Shown: positions 53,669 through 62,879 of the stretch, piece after piece
Layout: each line of letters starts with the position of its first letter
How positions within the stretch are numbered: position 1 is the stretch's first letter
DNA from: Escherichia phage ECO340P2
Sequence record: OP172792
DNA length: 64,000 bases
Strand: one strand, 5' to 3'
Program-made: the position numbers and the translations under genes
The notes under the pieces: generated by a model
Told to the model about the DNA's origin: nothing
Seen by the model: the letters and a program-made list of their open reading frames with translations, nothing else
The model's database searches: none

Positions 53669-53896
53669 TTATTCCTCCATCTCAAACCATTCAGGGAACA
53701 CTTTATGGAAGACACGGGTTGTTTCCAAAAGGAATTCCAATTCTTTTTCCAGGTCTGCGTTCCAATCGTGCACTTTAACATTGATTGCCAATGCACTTGC
53801 ACGGCGACTTAATTCTTGACAGATTGGATCACACAGAACTATTGAGTCGTAAAACTGACAAACGGCCTCAAGTTCATACCAGTTATAATCCGACAT
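53669..53896 (-). CDS. hypothetical protein
   Basis: 75 aa ORF. Confidence 0.5.
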   Translation of the reverse strand: MSDYNWYELEAVCQFYDSIVLCDPICQELSRRASALAINVKVHDWNADLEKELEFLLETTRVFHKVFPEWFEMEE

Positions 53897-54222
53897 TATT
53901 CATCCTCCTCTGCAATACGATCTCTTACCCAATTAATCCTGTCCACGTTCAGGTGACATACCTCTGCATCTGATTCTAAGACATATGCATCGTAGTTCTC
54001 ATTGAAAGGGAGTTCTTGACTCAACCCTTTGTAGTAAAACTGTGAGTGCATTTCGTCTGACAAGGTTGTTATAAGGAGATTGTAGCCATCTGCGTGCACA
54101 TAATCGAACAAGTTGGCACACAAACCGCAATCTCGCCGAAAAGGTTTACCATCAGGAGCACCAACATCAATCCATGCTAGATAAATTTTATAAAACTCCA
54201 TCAACCCTGCGCTTGTTTTCAT
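53896..54222 (-). CDS. paralog family A member
   Basis: FYKIYLAWI, GAPDGKPF, GLCANL, LPFN, CHLNVDRINWVRDRI; closest to the 53137 member. Confidence 0.55.
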   Translation of the reverse strand: MKTSAGLMEFYKIYLAWIDVGAPDGKPFRRDCGLCANLFDYVHADGYNLLITTLSDEMHSQFYYKGLSQELPFNENYDAYVLESDAEVCHLNVDRINWVRDRIAEEDE

Positions 54223-54460
54223 TTAGCCACCTCGTTAGTTTTTCTTGCTCTTTGTTTGCGCGTTCTAAGCTTCTAAACTTTAAACAAAGGGAACGAGAAT
54301 CCCTACCCATGCACAAGCTTTCATCTAAGCTGTGCTCCCCAACCAACCAAAGAGAATATGTTTGAACATCTAACCCATAGTTTCTGTCTTTCCATAATCT
54401 CACCCCAAGAACATCAAAAGGCGCTTCCGCGACTAAAGAAAGAAACCGATCTTTATTCAT
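54188..54460 (-). CDS. hypothetical protein
   Basis: 90 aa ORF; RBS AAGGTGG. Confidence 0.45.
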   Translation of the reverse strand: MNKDRFLSLVAEAPFDVLGVRLWKDRNYGLDVQTYSLWLVGEHSLDESLCMGRDSRSLCLKFRSLERANKEQEKLTRWLNENKRRVDGVL

Positions 54461-54522
54461 ATTACACCACCTTGCTCACGTTGATAATGTATGTATACCA
54501 TACATAAAATAAATGTCAAGGC

Positions 54523-54723
54523 TTATCGACACAGATAGTTGTAACGATCTGCTTTATCCTCTGCTTCAGCAAAGTCAGCAATCAAGGAAGTTTTGAGTTC
54601 TTCCAACTCTTTCACCCAAGAGTCGTAATCGTCCTGTGTTTCTCCAATAGTTTGGAGAAAACAATCGTCGTAGCCAATAGACATGGCTAACTCGATAATA
54701 CGTTCCAGTTTTTCTTCCATCAT
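54523..54723 (-). CDS. hypothetical acidic protein
   Basis: 66 aa ORF. Confidence 0.5.
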   Translation of the reverse strand: MMEEKLERIIELAMSIGYDDCFLQTIGETQDDYDSWVKELEELKTSLIADFAEAEDKADRYNYLCR

Positions 54724-55082
54724 TTCTCTCCTTCTACAGGCTTCTGTTTAACATAAAAGTAAGCACCACGAGCAAGATACAAATCATGTTCAATATCGCT
54801 CACAGGAAAACCATCTGGATTTTTAAAACCATCTTCTACAGCCAAAATGAGAGATCGTAAACTGATAGCTAACAACTCCATTTGATCTTGTAGTTTTCTA
54901 TTTTCTGCGTAAAGGTTTTTGCATTTTTGTTCTGCATTTTTCCATTGTTCTAATGCATGATCATAGCGGTGCATAAGAATAGCTTTTTCTTGTTCACGCT
55001 TAAAAGTTTCTTCGCAAATGAAACCTGTGCCTAAACCAGTTTCTTCGTCTTTGACAAACACTTCAACAAAATCTTTAGACAT
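54720..55082 (-). CDS. hypothetical coiled-coil protein
   Basis: ATG after AGGAGA; ORF-track start 55202 overlaps upstream gene. Confidence 0.5.
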   Translation of the reverse strand: MSKDFVEVFVKDEETGLGTGFICEETFKREQEKAILMHRYDHALEQWKNAEQKCKNLYAENRKLQDQMELLAISLRSLILAVEDGFKNPDGFPVSDIEHDLYLARGAYFYVKQKPVEGEK

Positions 55083-55083
55083 A

Positions 55084-55347
55084 TTATCTCCTATTTGCTT
55101 TCGGATACTCCCAACCCTCTGGGAGATCTTCTTTACACATCCACTCAAAAGGCCAGCGACAATAACTGTGCCACTTTCCATTGAGATACAAACAATCTTC
55201 ATCTACTGGTCCACAAGGGTTGATAACTACAACACACCCTTTTGCTCGCCAATATTGAACTATTTCAGGGTAAAAACAAGAAACGTCGGTCCACTCCCAA
55301 ATACGTTCATCATTCAAACGGTATGCTGCTGGCAATGTCTCTTTCAT
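55084..55347 (-). CDS. hypothetical Trp/Cys-rich protein
   Basis: 87 aa ORF. Confidence 0.5.
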   Translation of the reverse strand: MKETLPAAYRLNDERIWEWTDVSCFYPEIVQYWRAKGCVVVINPCGPVDEDCLYLNGKWHSYCRWPFEWMCKEDLPEGWEYPKANRR

Positions 55348-55351
55348 ATTA

Positions 55352-55798
55352 TTAAACCTCTGTCAAAGAGAAACGCCAATCCTTACTACTACCTACGCCA
55401 AGGAAGATATAGTCTCCGGTACTAACGGAAATACGCCAAGCGGGAATCCAATCAGGAATCTCTGGCTTATGGCTGTAACCATAACGATCACCATCCGAGT
55501 CTGTTGCAATATAATTAACAAATTCAGGAACATCTAAAGTTTCACCTTGATACTCTACACGCTTGAAGCCATCTTTCACTTCTTTCTCACCTTCTACCAG
55601 ACAAGCAAGAAGTTTGATGTGAGGGCAAGTGAAATCTTGTCCTGGATAACGTGAACGGATATCAGTTAACAATGCGATCACAGCATCCGATAACTCTTTA
55701 TAATCCTCATATCTTACAAATGTGCCTTCTGTCGGATCATCAGGACACAAACGCCAAGCATCGTTGCAGTTTACAGCATAATGTCGCACTTTAGTCAT
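55352..55798 (-). CDS. hypothetical protein
   Basis: 148 aa ORF. Confidence 0.55.
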   Translation of the reverse strand: MTKVRHYAVNCNDAWRLCPDDPTEGTFVRYEDYKELSDAVIALLTDIRSRYPGQDFTCPHIKLLACLVEGEKEVKDGFKRVEYQGETLDVPEFVNYIATDSDGDRYGYSHKPEIPDWIPAWRISVSTGDYIFLGVGSSKDWRFSLTEV

Positions 55799-55808
55799 AA
55801 ATACCCCC

Positions 55809-56207
55809 TTATCGTTGCGTACAATCGGCTTCTAGAGTAAGAACATTCGTTATTGTTTTATCATTTTTTAGAAATGCAAACCAAGCTAAAGTGTCTCGAT
55901 ACTCTGTGCGCATCATCACAACTTCAGTAGTGCCAATAAATTGTTGTGAACCGTACATAGCACTACCATCTTTACTTTTTTCTCCTGTGTGTTGCAGAAT
56001 GCCACTCATCAAAGCACCACCTGAATTTTTAAGGATAAAGGAGTTATCTTTATTAATGACAACAGAAGCCATTTTCTTAGGACCAGAAATCACTTCACCT
56101 TTCAGATTTTTAACAACCACATCTGACACACACTCATAAACTTGAGACGCATTTGCTGTTCCAAGTGATGCAATGAGTAACAAGAAACCTACAATGATCT
56201 TTTTCAT
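55809..56207 (-). CDS. secreted protein (signal peptide)
   Basis: 132 aa; N-terminal MKKIIVGFLLLIASLGTANA. Confidence 0.55.
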   Translation of the reverse strand: MKKIIVGFLLLIASLGTANASQVYECVSDVVVKNLKGEVISGPKKMASVVINKDNSFILKNSGGALMSGILQHTGEKSKDGSAMYGSQQFIGTTEVVMMRTEYRDTLAWFAFLKNDKTITNVLTLEADCTQR

Positions 56208-56303
56208 ATAAACTCTCCTCTTTATTTACCCGACGCGCCCCCTGTTGGGCGGAAAGGGTTGTACGCAAAATTTTTAGCTCCAATCGTCGGGTGTCCCGAC
56301 TCC

Positions 56304-56510
56304 TTACGCTTTTAATGTTTTAACAGAATGACAAGCTTTGCAAACCATAACCGGAACAAGTTCGTCTCCATTATCCGCATAAATCACTGTTTTCTTCATT
56401 CTGCCACCACATGAACAATACTCTGTATGATCCACTGGAATATTAAATATTCCGTAATCACTTTCATATTGTTTCTTACATATGGACACTGCTTTTGTAA
56501 AACAAGACAT
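56304..56510 (-). CDS. hypothetical zinc-ribbon protein
   Basis: 68 aa; CSCGG ... CKAC. Confidence 0.5.
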   Translation of the reverse strand: MSCFTKAVSICKKQYESDYGIFNIPVDHTEYCSCGGRMKKTVIYADNGDELVPVMVCKACHSVKTLKA

Positions 56511-56512
56511 AC

Positions 56513-56734
56513 CTACTCCGAAAGAACATTCACTTCATCAGAGAAAAATACGTAATCACAACCTTCCCAAACATCTTCTTCAAACCACTCCCATCCCTCA
56601 ACTTTGGACATTTCTTCTATCGTAACAAAGAATGTTGTCATATCATCGCTAACAAGATGTGCTTCAACAACAAAAGGAATCTGAACATTCTCAAAACCAA
56701 CATAACCCAATACATCGCAAACTCTAATTTTCAT
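56513..56734 (-). CDS. small acidic protein, EWF..DYVFF pair member
   Basis: VEGWEWFEEDVWEGCDYVFFSDE resembles the 62019-62249 product. Confidence 0.5.
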   Translation of the reverse strand: MKIRVCDVLGYVGFENVQIPFVVEAHLVSDDMTTFFVTIEEMSKVEGWEWFEEDVWEGCDYVFFSDEVNVLSE

Positions 56735-56735
56735 A

Positions 56736-56936
56736 TTATGCTCCTTTGTAGATTATGTTGGTGCGTTCACACTCTGCCACCAGCAAGCGATTAGCAATGT
56801 TGTCCATAGGAACATCAATCTCTACGCTCCAGGCATTGATATACACTTCTTCAATCTTTGCTCCAAGCGTTTGTGCGATCAGAGCAACAGCCCCAGCATA
56901 TTCAAGTTTAATCTCAATTACCATTTTGCACCTCAA
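56736..56936 (-). CDS. hypothetical protein
   Basis: 66 aa ORF. Confidence 0.5.
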   Translation of the reverse strand: MRCKMVIEIKLEYAGAVALIAQTLGAKIEEVYINAWSVEIDVPMDNIANRLLVAECERTNIIYKGA

Positions 56937-56938
56937 GG

Positions 56939-57139
56939 TTATTTATCTTGCTTGTATCTTACAAGGCGATCACACTCTAGGTCAAGAAATTTCTCCGCAT
57001 TTCGTTCATGTTTGAGCACAATACATTGTTCTTTCCAGTCTGTAGCTCTTTGCTGCGCTGCTCCTGGGTCAAAATCCCAAAGCCATGCCGCGAAAAGAAC
57101 AACCATAACAATTATCAAGAAACTAAACACTATTGGCAT
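56939..57139 (-). CDS. hypothetical small membrane protein
   Basis: ATG after AGGAGGA; hydrophobic helix IVFSFLIIVMVVLFAAWLW. Confidence 0.45.
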   Translation of the reverse strand: MPIVFSFLIIVMVVLFAAWLWDFDPGAAQQRATDWKEQCIVLKHERNAEKFLDLECDRLVRYKQDK

Positions 57140-57444
57140 TGCACATCCTCCTGTGTAGCATGATCTTTTACCCATTTTATACGGGCAGCATTCAAATGCA
57201 ATAGCCCGTTTCTTTGTGCAAAATCATATTTAAACCAGTCTCCGTCATCAAACGGGTATTCTTCAGACAACCCTGCTTCTCGAAATTGCATTTGCATTTC
57301 ATAATTTAGATCATCGTAACCACCAGTCCAAAGGTAGAGGCAACTACATAATCCTTTATCATGCCAGAAAGGATTATTATCTGGAGCACCAGTTAATAGC
57401 CAGTTATGATATGCCTGATAAAATTCTTTAAGTTCTTCTGACAT
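57130..57444 (-). CDS. paralog family A member
   Basis: FYQAYHNWL, GAPDNNPF, GLCSCL, YPF, RIKWVKDH. Confidence 0.55.
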   Translation of the reverse strand: MSEELKEFYQAYHNWLLTGAPDNNPFWHDKGLCSCLYLWTGGYDDLNYEMQMQFREAGLSEEYPFDDGDWFKYDFAQRNGLLHLNAARIKWVKDHATQEDVQCQ

Positions 57445-57621
57445 TTAACCTCCTGTATACAGTGTTGAAAGATACACAGCAAAAGCATTCTCGGCTGTTT
57501 TCACCTCCTCTTCAAGATCTTCACGCTCTGCTGGCGTTAATGCATTCCGCACAGCAGCGTCTGCTTCTCGGATTTTTCTTACTAAACGTGAAACATCTTT
57601 CAATTGTTGAAAAGTAGCCAT
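57445..57621 (-). CDS. hypothetical small protein (58 aa)
   Basis: AGGAGA RBS; stop TAA immediately abuts the next ATG; missed by ORF track. Confidence 0.4.
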   Translation of the reverse strand: MATFQQLKDVSRLVRKIREADAAVRNALTPAEREDLEEEVKTAENAFAVYLSTLYTGG

Positions 57622-57636
57622 AATCTTTCTCCTGTT

Positions 57637-57921
57637 TTAGTTAGTGTCACGCCATTCGGCAATCTCTTCGGCTAAACGATCACAAGAATCGAAAGCCACT
57701 TTACCTTTAGTCTGATTTTCATATCGCACTTCCTTCAATGCGAGTAATGCATTCACCAGATTATCAACACCTTGATCATCCAGTGCAATAACATCAAAGT
57801 TAAACCCTGTATCAGTTGGGACTTTACGTTTTATAGTGTAATAGTCTCCTTCATGACGTTCAACATCCGCGTATGGGTAACTGCTGTTTGGATCATGTTT
57901 TACGCGAATAGATGTTTTCAT
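57637..57921 (-). CDS. hypothetical protein
   Basis: 94 aa ORF. Confidence 0.5.
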   Translation of the reverse strand: MKTSIRVKHDPNSSYPYADVERHEGDYYTIKRKVPTDTGFNFDVIALDDQGVDNLVNALLALKEVRYENQTKGKVAFDSCDRLAEEIAEWRDTN

Positions 57922-58391
57922 GTTTTGTTCTCCTCTTTAATTGCAACACGGAACTTATTAGCTTCTCTCACCTGGTGCATGAAGTCTTTCTTCTTCATAA
58001 TCCCGATGGACATTTCATCCAGTTCTTCTGGGTGAATCTGAAGATTACGGCGATCAGACAGGAACCAAGTTTTCTCCCACCAGAAGCGTTGATCCTCCTC
58101 TTCGTGATATTTATATGTCTCTTTTTCTTCTTCTGTGAGAAGTTTGAATCGGTTTTTCGCTTCGTACCTCATTGGGGTATGAAAAGGAATGCCATTATCA
58201 CCATTATACACCGCAGACGTACCCAGACAATAACCAGTTTCTGCGTCGATCATTTGGTAGTGAAACTCACACTCCAGTTCAACATACTCTAAATCCCCAT
58301 AAAAATCACTAATCAAGAAAGCAATGTAAGTTTCACCGTGTTCGGGAACAAATTCTTGCTTTGTCAACATCTCCAGTTTCAAACCTGCCAT
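57918..58391 (-). CDS. hypothetical protein
   Basis: 157 aa ORF. Confidence 0.55.
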   Translation of the reverse strand: MAGLKLEMLTKQEFVPEHGETYIAFLISDFYGDLEYVELECEFHYQMIDAETGYCLGTSAVYNGDNGIPFHTPMRYEAKNRFKLLTEEEKETYKYHEEEDQRFWWEKTWFLSDRRNLQIHPEELDEMSIGIMKKKDFMHQVREANKFRVAIKEENKT

Positions 58392-58403
58392 TGCTTTCTC
58401 CTT

Positions 58404-58655
58404 TTAGTCAAACCAGTTGTATTCAGAAGGGTAACGAGCGTAGTTTGGCTTGTACCCCAGCCTTTTCATCTTGACAGACATACGAGTGAAGCCAAAGGTT
58501 GTTTTGCCCTTAGACATAAACTTCTTCCCACTCTTCATTGGCTTCTTAGGGTCTTTGATCGTCTGGTGTAACGCTCGCGCAAGCCATAAAGTGTATGCGC
58601 TCGGCACTTGATTAACTTTCATCTTGTTACCTTTCATCATTTCACCTCGGACCAA
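58404..58655 (-). CDS. hypothetical basic protein
   Basis: 83 aa; Lys-rich. Confidence 0.5.
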   Translation of the reverse strand: MVRGEMMKGNKMKVNQVPSAYTLWLARALHQTIKDPKKPMKSGKKFMSKGKTTFGFTRMSVKMKRLGYKPNYARYPSEYNWFD

Positions 58656-58936
58656 TCAATAGTGATCCACTCGTATGCCCCGTTCAGATCCATTTCTTTA
58701 TAAACAACAAGCCCACGCTCACGAAGAATTGCTACTGCTTCATCCATCCATTTCACCTGATTGTAGATTTCCCCTGGGTGAGTAGGAGAATTATCCAAAC
58801 CAAAATCAGATGGTGTGAAATTTCTTGAAGAGTTCCCCGCTCGTGCTTCAGCAAAACATGTCTCGATCACTTCTTCAACAGGGAAGTTGAAGGAAGCTTC
58901 TTTTGCAATACGGCGTAACTGTTCAGTCAGATTCAT
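58637..58936 (-). CDS. hypothetical protein
   Basis: 99 aa ORF. Confidence 0.5.
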   Translation of the reverse strand: MNLTEQLRRIAKEASFNFPVEEVIETCFAEARAGNSSRNFTPSDFGLDNSPTHPGEIYNQVKWMDEAVAILRERGLVVYKEMDLNGAYEWITIDWSEVK

Positions 58937-58963
58937 CTTATTCTCCTTTCGTTGTGTGAAACA

Positions 58964-59401
58964 TTACAGCAGATCTAATGCTTTCAACTCTTCTTTCAAT
59001 GATTCAGGCAGGTCACATTCAATGTCAATCAGAGATAACAAGTGACCAACAATGCCTTCCAGATGTTGATACTCACTATAACTTATAAATTCAGAATTGT
59101 AAACAGAAACATCCTTAGTTTCTTTCACAACTTCCCCCGCAGACACGCACATAAAAAAGTTACGCTCTCCGCGAGCTAACAATATCTCCCAACTCCTGAA
59201 CGGATACTGTCCAGCTTCAATAATATCCCCGCTGTCCAATAAAGTCAATGAGCAAACAGACCCTGATTCACTAACATCTTCGACGCGGAAACAAGACCCT
59301 TCAATCAAAGCTGCCATTTTGAAATTTTCATCAGAGATCATAGAGTAAGCTTCACATGCAGCTTTGCTTTTGAAACAGTAAACAGCATTAGCTTTGAACA
59401 T
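58964..59401 (-). CDS. paralog family B member (MFKxG..Y.FKS N-terminus)
   Basis: MFKANAVYCFKS; tandem with three related ORFs. Confidence 0.55.
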   Translation of the reverse strand: MFKANAVYCFKSKAACEAYSMISDENFKMAALIEGSCFRVEDVSESGSVCSLTLLDSGDIIEAGQYPFRSWEILLARGERNFFMCVSAGEVVKETKDVSVYNSEFISYSEYQHLEGIVGHLLSLIDIECDLPESLKEELKALDLL

Positions 59402-59410
59402 AATAACTCC

Positions 59411-60196
59411 TTATTTTATTACCGCAGTAGGCTCAATACTAACAACACCAATACGCTCATAGATCTCAACAGTAGAAACTGGGTATTCTTCCTTCATCTT
59501 TTTTGCTTCTGTGGCGATCTCTTCGTAAGAATGTGACACCAGTTGGACATTCATACCTTTAACAATAGCATAGTGTTTAAAATTCGCTGCGGGTTCCTCT
59601 TGTTTAGGCTCAACAACATCTTTAATATTTTTAAAATAAGGGTTATCACTTTTGATTAGCAGCGCACAAGCTTCCTTGAACCAACCTTCACCTGCTACAT
59701 GATTTGTATTACATACAAGCCTACGGATTGCTGTTACATCTTGTCCAACCATCTTTGTGATCACGAAAGGATCATCACCAATAAGATCGGAAATTTTTCG
59801 GTTTACATTGTTTGTCGTTTGTCCGCCGTCAATATAATTGGCGAAAAGCTTACGATCTTGTTCACTTGCAAACTTATAGACACCACCTTCTACAAAGACA
59901 CAGCCCCCTGTAGGAGAATCTTCATAATCTTCAGGGGTATGTTCTTCAAAACGAGCATAATCCATGCAACTTACAAGCTTATAACCTTCAGGGAAAAGCC
60001 CAGAACCACCTTCGATGATTTTATTTGTGTCTAATACCTTCACCTTGGACACAGAACCAAGAAAATCAACATCCAAAACTTTAAATTTACTGTCTTGAAT
60101 GCAACCTACAAAGAAAGCGTTACGAATACTAGCTTTACCAAAATTGTTTTTGGTATCCTTTGATTTGAAATTGTAAACAAAACCTACTTTAAACAT
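59411..60196 (-). CDS. paralog family B member
   Basis: MFKVGFVYNFKS ... VSTVEIYERIGVVSIE. Confidence 0.55.
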   Translation of the reverse strand: MFKVGFVYNFKSKDTKNNFGKASIRNAFFVGCIQDSKFKVLDVDFLGSVSKVKVLDTNKIIEGGSGLFPEGYKLVSCMDYARFEEHTPEDYEDSPTGGCVFVEGGVYKFASEQDRKLFANYIDGGQTTNNVNRKISDLIGDDPFVITKMVGQDVTAIRRLVCNTNHVAGEGWFKEACALLIKSDNPYFKNIKDVVEPKQEEPAANFKHYAIVKGMNVQLVSHSYEEIATEAKKMKEEYPVSTVEIYERIGVVSIEPTAVIK

Positions 60197-60208
60197 AACA
60201 TTCCCCTT

Positions 60209-60667
60209 TTAAACAAAAGATACGCCGATGGTAGCAACAACCAAACGTTTATAAACTTCAACCTCTTCTGTAGGATTAGCCATTTTATGCTCTGCTGCTT
60301 CTTTCAAAGCTTCTTCATAACTTTCAAATCCAGAGATACAGGTGTCATCAGTCATTACAACATACCACTCTTCTTTTGTTGTATCAACAGGTTCTTCTTG
60401 AGGTTTTCCACGACCACCACGAACACCACCGTCAACAAAATAATCTATATGAGCAGAATTGATTATGTAACGATCCCCATCGCCAGCAGTGATAATACCG
60501 TCTCTCATACCTATCACAACCATTGACAAGATATTACCATTTGCATCAGTGCTCAACACCTCGAAAAAATTCTCTCCAATGATAGCAGCAATACTGTTAT
60601 CAAAGGTAGAATATAGTCGCATATAATCTTCATCCTGGAAACGGTAAACATGACCTTCTTTGAACAT
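60209..60667 (-). CDS. paralog family B member
   Basis: MFKEGHVYRFQD ... EVEVYKRLVVATIG. Confidence 0.55.
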   Translation of the reverse strand: MFKEGHVYRFQDEDYMRLYSTFDNSIAAIIGENFFEVLSTDANGNILSMVVIGMRDGIITAGDGDRYIINSAHIDYFVDGGVRGGRGKPQEEPVDTTKEEWYVVMTDDTCISGFESYEEALKEAAEHKMANPTEEVEVYKRLVVATIGVSFV

Positions 60668-60673
60668 TTGGCT

Positions 60674-61129
60674 TTACTCCTTATCAATAGTGATTGTGGC
60701 GTTTGCTACTGCAACACGAGCGTAAATCTCAACCGTCTTCGACGGATAATCCTTCTTAGCTTTTGTAGCGACTTCAGAAGCTTTTTCAAAACTAGAACAA
60801 ACATCTACACACTCTGATCCTACGATCACAACATGCCATTGTGGTTCTGCTTTACCCATTGTTTCCTCCTTTACTTCTTCAAAATATTTAAATTCTTCGT
60901 TATCAATCAAATAAGTATACGAATTAAATCCTGGGGTAACACCTGCTGTATAGAGGGTACCATTGACATAAAACTCAAGAACATGACCATACTTATCATC
61001 TGTATTCATAACTTTGAAAACTTCGTTTCCAATCGCTTGGCAAACAGCAATATTTGCTTTGTCATGTGTTGCCATATCTCCTTGGTCAGCAACGCTTTTG
61101 AATTTATAAGTAAGCCCTACTTTAAACAT
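60674..61129 (-). CDS. paralog family B member
   Basis: MFKVGLTYKFKS ... KTVEIYARVAVAN; ATG after AGGAG (ORF-track start 61210 overlaps upstream gene). Confidence 0.55.
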   Translation of the reverse strand: MFKVGLTYKFKSVADQGDMATHDKANIAVCQAIGNEVFKVMNTDDKYGHVLEFYVNGTLYTAGVTPGFNSYTYLIDNEEFKYFEEVKEETMGKAEPQWHVVIVGSECVDVCSSFEKASEVATKAKKDYPSKTVEIYARVAVANATITIDKE

Positions 61130-61316
61130 GATGTGCTCCTTCTTGTTCAAGAGTAAAAGGAATGATCTCACCATAGCTGTATTGCATGGCATCCACTTCT
61201 GCTTCTGCACGTTGTGCTAGTTCTAATGTTGCACAGATCTTGTAAGGGACAGTGCTGCATTGGCTCCAGCCTGGGGTATTCTTTGTTACTAAATATACAG
61301 TAGTTCCTTTATTCAT
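61122..61316 (-). CDS. hypothetical protein
   Basis: 64 aa ORF. Confidence 0.5.
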   Translation of the reverse strand: MNKGTTVYLVTKNTPGWSQCSTVPYKICATLELAQRAEAEVDAMQYSYGEIIPFTLEQEGAHHV

Positions 61317-61770
61317 AACTTTCTCCTCCTAGTTCATCATACCATTTCAAAGCGTCTTTTGGAAGCATACCAAAATCTTCTTTCAGTTCTTTTTCAATCT
61401 CTTCTTGCATTTCCATCAGTGTTTTCAGTTGACGGACTTTTTTATGCATAGCCACATTCCTTTCATTAAGGTTTGTCACTACATTATTTGCACGACTCGG
61501 TGGAAATGACAAAGGTTTCACGGGAAGATAATCTTCGATATTATCTAGTGCGTTACGAAAATTATGATCCAAGAAACGCACATCTACACGATTGTAATCG
61601 GCAGCTACAACAGTGAACACTTTAAACGGCACATTGGATAAAGTATGTTGCACATAGACAGTACCCATATTACCTTCAATTTTACTATTAACTTCCAGCA
61701 AACCTGTATGAGCACTAACATAATCGTGAACACATTGCACATAAGCTGCCAGTATAGTGAATTGTCTCAT
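61309..61770 (-). CDS. hypothetical protein
   Basis: 153 aa ORF. Confidence 0.55.
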   Translation of the reverse strand: MRQFTILAAYVQCVHDYVSAHTGLLEVNSKIEGNMGTVYVQHTLSNVPFKVFTVVAADYNRVDVRFLDHNFRNALDNIEDYLPVKPLSFPPSRANNVVTNLNERNVAMHKKVRQLKTLMEMQEEIEKELKEDFGMLPKDALKWYDELGGESYE

Positions 61771-62015
61771 TTTCTACCTCCCCATAATGCTAACATTTTA
61801 TTGAAAATGGAAACGCGTCGTGCGCGAGATGCCATATCATAATTCATTCTTTCCGTCTCTGCAAGAAATTGATCTACTGTAATCAACGCTTTTGTCTTCT
61901 CTTTCAGAGTTTGCATATTCATCCATTCACATTCAGAATACCAATTATCGAAATACAAACTATCAAGAAGATCCATTGCTGCTTCGTTCTGTTGTGGTGT
62001 GATCATTGCACACAA
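61767..62015 (-). CDS. hypothetical protein
   Basis: 82 aa ORF. Confidence 0.5.
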   Translation of the reverse strand: MCAMITPQQNEAAMDLLDSLYFDNWYSECEWMNMQTLKEKTKALITVDQFLAETERMNYDMASRARRVSIFNKMLALWGGRK

Positions 62016-62018
62016 CCT

Positions 62019-62249
62019 TTAATAGACAATTTCATATTCGTGAGGAAAGAAAACATAATCTTCCCCTTCTCGTGCATCTATCTCGTCCCAAAACCATTCC
62101 TGCACTTCCATCATCTTCGAGAATCGCACATGAGCAAGCCCACTGTATTCCACCGTAGCTTCCAGCACAAGTGGAAATTTTGCATGTGCCAATCCTTTAT
62201 AACCACCATCATTCTCAATACGAATTTTCATGCGTTTCATATTATGCAT
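62019..62249 (-). CDS. small acidic protein, EWF..DYVFF pair member
   Basis: EVQEWFWDEIDAREGEDYVFFPHE. Confidence 0.5.
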   Translation of the reverse strand: MHNMKRMKIRIENDGGYKGLAHAKFPLVLEATVEYSGLAHVRFSKMMEVQEWFWDEIDAREGEDYVFFPHEYEIVY

Positions 62250-62451
62250 CCTTCAGACTCTTAATGAAGTGACGAGCAACAGGGTTCCCGTAGAAATATT
62301 CATTAATGAAATCGATAACACACGTTTCACTGCCTGTCACAACGGATGGTGCAAAGTTTTGGAACTGCACAGTTACACGACTTGCTTTAGCAAGGGTGTG
62401 CACACGATCAGTGTTAGCTAAATACAAAGATACAGTTTTCATATTTGACAT
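62242..62451 (-). CDS. hypothetical protein
   Basis: 69 aa ORF. Confidence 0.5.
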   Translation of the reverse strand: MSNMKTVSLYLANTDRVHTLAKASRVTVQFQNFAPSVVTGSETCVIDFINEYFYGNPVARHFIKSLKDA

Positions 62452-62510
62452 TTCAATCTCCTCATTGGCTATCTGTTATGCGCGGTATGCAAACCACTAT
62501 ACAGACATTT

Positions 62511-62879
62511 TTATTCAATGCAAGCATTATTTGCATCTTCAATGCGATCTTTCACCCATTGAAGACGTAACGTGTTGGTATGACACGCCAAGTTTATACA
62601 CTCTGAAAGGTAATCCATGCAATCTGCATTGAACGGAAGATTGTAGTCCAGCCCTGCACATGTAAATTGTTTCCTCATTTCATATTTCAAACGGTCCAAC
62701 AAACTATCCCGCCATCTTCTATCTTCTTCTCTAGTTGTCTCACCAACAAAATCATCTACATAATCCACCAGACAACCACATAAGCCACTCGTTGTGCGAT
62801 TCATTGCAGGATAGTTGGCAATCCATGCTTTATAGAAGCGAAGCAATGTTGCACTGCTCAACGGAATACTATTTGTCAT
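62511..62879 (-). CDS. paralog family A member
   Basis: FYKAWIANY, SGLCGCL, LPFN, RLQWVKDRI; ATG after AAGGAGA (ORF-track start 62894). Confidence 0.5.
   Translation of the reverse strand: MTNSIPLSSATLLRFYKAWIANYPAMNRTTSGLCGCLVDYVDDFVGETTREEDRRWRDSLLDRLKYEMRKQFTCAGLDYNLPFNADCMDYLSECINLACHTNTLRLQWVKDRIEDANNACIE

Noticed and set aside
54486-54519. Possible leftward promoter (TTGACA with ATACAT/TATACA -10)
   Set aside because: The -35 box is good but the -10 candidates are poor at acceptable spacing; not listed as a feature.
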